Origin: a virus
Lineage: Duplodnaviria > Caudoviricetes
Virus record (IMG/VR): IMGVR_UViG_3300009610_000047
Span: 1 to 43,752 of that record
Direction: 5' to 3' (one strand)
DNA: 43,752 bases
Of this stretch, positions 41,535 through 43,752 are shown one piece after another (position 1 is the stretch's first letter; the number at the start of each line of letters is the position of its first letter). The translations under genes were made by a program, and so were the position numbers. Below the pieces are notes generated by a model. It did no database searches. It had not been told where the DNA came from and worked only from the letters and a program-made list of their open reading frames with translations.

Positions 41535-41992
41535 TTTTTCAGCTCCCTATTCCAGACGAGGTCAGAGATGAAACTCTGAAACATCCCCATGAGGCCGTGG
41601 GGGGTTTCTCTATGAGGTGTGATAAGGTGGTGGAGAGCGTGTTCGACGTTACGTTGTCTTTGGAAGGTGAGCTTGGCCATTCGAGAGAAGGAACGAAGGA
41701 CCTCGATGTCGGGGTCGATTTGGGTTGGGAGGGAAGTCTTCTGTTCGTTGTAGAGGTAGGTGTAGAGGGCCTTTTTCATGTCGGGATCGAGAAGAGCAAG
41801 GCGGACGGCCGCGTCGTGTTCCATTGTGGGAATAAGGGGTTCCTTATGCCAATCTTTGCCTGGGCGCGCTTCGAGGGGGATATTGGTCTCAGAGAGGGCT
41901 TCCCCTCCGAGACGGGAGCCGGCGCTCTTCGCCATACCTGCGAGGGAGCCGGCTCCGAGGAGGGAGGAAAAGCCGCGGCGGGAGATGGTCAT
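41531..41992 (-). CDS. Hypothetical protein with a twin-arginine-like N-terminus
   Basis: MTISRRGFSSLLGAGSLAGMAKSA; AAGGA RBS; ATGA overlap. Confidence 0.7.
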   Translation of the reverse strand: MTISRRGFSSLLGAGSLAGMAKSAGSRLGGEALSETNIPLEARPGKDWHKEPLIPTMEHDAAVRLALLDPDMKKALYTYLYNEQKTSLPTQIDPDIEVLRSFSRMAKLTFQRQRNVEHALHHLITPHRETPHGLMGMFQSFISDLVWNRELKK

Positions 41993-42282
41993 ACGAAGAG
42001 GTCCTTGCGGAGGATGACTCGGGCGCGGAGGTCGCCCCAGGTGCCCCAAGAGGAGCCGTCTGGAGGCATGGCGAGCTGATTCAGGACGGCGATGTTTGGG
42101 TCGTCGCTAAAACGTCCCCAGTGGTAGCGGCCGATGGCGAGGTCGCAGACGTCGCTCAGATATTGGCCGCAGGCGCAGTCTTGGGGGTTGACCCAAGAGT
42201 AGCGTTCCTTGGGGTCCTTTGTGTCGATATAGGCTTGGATCGACGCAAGGGAACAGGGACGAGTGTGGGGATTGTAGAGCAT
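41989..42282 (-). CDS. Hypothetical protein
   Basis: AAAGGAG RBS; YSW...CACGQYL and TWGDL motifs. Confidence 0.7.
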   Translation of the reverse strand: MLYNPHTRPCSLASIQAYIDTKDPKERYSWVNPQDCACGQYLSDVCDLAIGRYHWGRFSDDPNIAVLNQLAMPPDGSSWGTWGDLRARVILRKDLFV

Positions 42283-42296
42283 GGAAGGGTCTCCTT

Positions 42297-42521
42297 TCAA
42301 AGCATGTCGAGGGAAGGGGCACTTCTTCGAGGTGAAGAGTCGGTTCGGCGGGAGATCGAGGCTCGATCCCGAAGGAGGCGAGAGATGCACATCAACTCCC
42401 GGAGGACCTCGTCCGGGAGGTGGGTTCGGGGAGGAGTTCCGATCAGTTCGGCCCGACGGGAATGGAGGGCTATTGTTTCGAAAGAGTTTAAGTGGAGGAA
42501 TTCATCCTTGACGTTTGGCAT
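42297..42521 (-). CDS. Hypothetical protein
   Basis: AGGA RBS; fills the gap. Confidence 0.6.
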   Translation of the reverse strand: MPNVKDEFLHLNSFETIALHSRRAELIGTPPRTHLPDEVLRELMCISRLLRDRASISRRTDSSPRRSAPSLDML

Positions 42522-42536
42522 TTTGCAGTTCCTAGG

Positions 42537-42722
42537 TCAGGTTTGGATGCCGCGCTCTTCGAGCCAGCGCTGGACGAGTTTTGTGATGATCCAACTGCGT
42601 TCGGCGTAGCGGGGCTTTTTTAGGACCGGGTCCCAGAGCTGCTCTTCCAAGAGGGCGTTCAGAGTGGCCGGAAGGTTGACTTTTATTTGTACGTACGGCT
42701 CTCTATGGGTTCTACGAGGCAT
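42537..42722 (-). CDS. Ribbon-helix-helix DNA-binding protein
   Basis: Alternating strand VQIKVNLP, a helix, then RSWIITKLVQRWL. Confidence 0.65.
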   Translation of the reverse strand: MPRRTHREPYVQIKVNLPATLNALLEEQLWDPVLKKPRYAERSWIITKLVQRWLEERGIQT

Positions 42723-42843
42723 GGAGGGCTTTCTTCAGTTTGCGGAGGGCATTGCGGCGCGCGGCGCGGTAGGTTGAGGAGGGGCGGGGAATGCCCTTTG
42801 TCCCTCGGCGCTTTTCGGGTTTCACTTGAGGAGACCAGATCAT
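42712..42843 (-). CDS. Small basic protein (43 aa; not in the ORF track)
   Basis: MIWSPQVKPEKRRGTKGIPRPSSTYRAARRNALRKLKKALHAS; TAATG overlap with the upstream methyltransferase stop. Confidence 0.55.
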   Translation of the reverse strand: MIWSPQVKPEKRRGTKGIPRPSSTYRAARRNALRKLKKALHAS

Positions 42844-43739
42844 TATTGCTTTCCTGAGTTGAAGTCGGGGCCGAGGGTGGAGGTGAAGAAGAACTCATCT
42901 TCAGTCTGAGGCAGGCTTCCACCCCATACTGGGAGGAGATCGTCCCAGCTTCGGGTTAGCTTGAGAGGGAGAAGTGGAGGGGCCAATTGGCCCTGGGGCA
43001 TCATGAAGATGGTGGGAGAGCGAAAGCCGGAGTAGTTGAATTTGGAAAACAGGTCGAGAGTCTGTTTGTTCGAGGAAGTGATTTGACCTCCGAGGCATTC
43101 GATGATCCAGGGAGCCTTGGCGCGCGAAGCGCGATGTAAGGCGAAGCAGAGGGACCAGGGGTGGAGTTCGTTCAGGGCATGGTTGGAAGTGAAGAGCTCA
43201 ATCCCTTCAAAGGGTTCGGTCATCCACTTCCACCAGGGGGTGTGAGCGTGTTTGTCGGAGATCAAAAGTCTCTGCCAAAGGGCGAAGCCTTGACAGACTT
43301 CGACCGCGTGGTAGGAGTAGCCTGTTTCGTGCAAAAGGGCGCCGAGGTAGCCCGAGCCGGGGCCGAGTTCGAGGATGACGTTAACCTTCGACTCAAAGGA
43401 GCGGATGGCACGGAAGGGCAAAAAGGCTCTGAGCAAAGAGGAAGCGGGAGTGACGAGGCGGTCACAGTGACGCTCTGTTAGGAACTCGACCTTTTCGACA
43501 ATGATTGTGAAGAGACGGAATTCTTCTTCGGTTAGGCCTCCGCCCAAAAGGTCAAAGGTTGTCCGCGAACGCTGTTCCTGCATGGCGTCGGCATACTTCC
43601 AAAGCTCTTTGATGGACTCAACCCGAGTGGGGTAGCCAAGACGGTCAAAGACAACGCTCTGCGAGGCTTCGATGATCCGATTAGGGAGAAGAGAGAGGGC
43701 CTTCTGCTCTTCTAGGTCGTAATCGAGAAGGAGATTCAT
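42843..43739 (-). CDS. Class I SAM-dependent methyltransferase (putative sugar/small-molecule O-methyltransferase)
   Basis: Motif I ILELGPGSGYLG, AVEV and FTSNHALNEL; no DPPY/NPPY or PC DNA-methyltransferase motif. Confidence 0.75.
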   Translation of the reverse strand: MNLLLDYDLEEQKALSLLPNRIIEASQSVVFDRLGYPTRVESIKELWKYADAMQEQRSRTTFDLLGGGLTEEEFRLFTIIVEKVEFLTERHCDRLVTPASSLLRAFLPFRAIRSFESKVNVILELGPGSGYLGALLHETGYSYHAVEVCQGFALWQRLLISDKHAHTPWWKWMTEPFEGIELFTSNHALNELHPWSLCFALHRASRAKAPWIIECLGGQITSSNKQTLDLFSKFNYSGFRSPTIFMMPQGQLAPPLLPLKLTRSWDDLLPVWGGSLPQTEDEFFFTSTLGPDFNSGKQ

Positions 43740-43752
43740 GAGGGAAACCTGT

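Overview
A near-complete genome (about 43.7 kb) of a podovirus-like tailed phage. The likely host is an alphaproteobacterium (Hyphomicrobiales/rhizobia), inferred from a GcrA-like gene, rhizobial-type beta-helix tail proteins and C-terminal AAE motifs. Two convergent arms meet at a hairpin region near 29.75 kb. The + arm (1.3-29.7 kb) carries the terminases, portal, scaffold and major capsid, then two glycosyltransferases inserted in the head module, followed by adaptor, tail/fibre, lysis-like membrane genes and ejection proteins, including a 1964-aa polyvalent-type protein with a HEXXH motif. The - arm (29.9-43.7 kb) carries a helicase-like ATPase, a family-A DNA polymerase split into two genes (the N-half fused to a UDG-like domain), dUTPase, a ParB-DNA methyltransferase, an SSB-like protein, an FkbM and a second small-molecule methyltransferase, a Sak4-like ATPase, a GcrA-like HTH protein, a PD-(D/E)xK exonuclease and a dNMP kinase. 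I recognise no integrase, RNA polymerase, primase or catalytic endolysin. The most unusual signal is an 88-nt tRNA-like element (acceptor stem, T-arm and CCA, but no canonical D or anticodon arm). It fills the gap between the polymerase stop and a helicase-like gene that appears to start at ATT. The second candidate is a virion-glycosylation and glycan-methylation system. All protein calls come from motif recognition by eye, not database searches.
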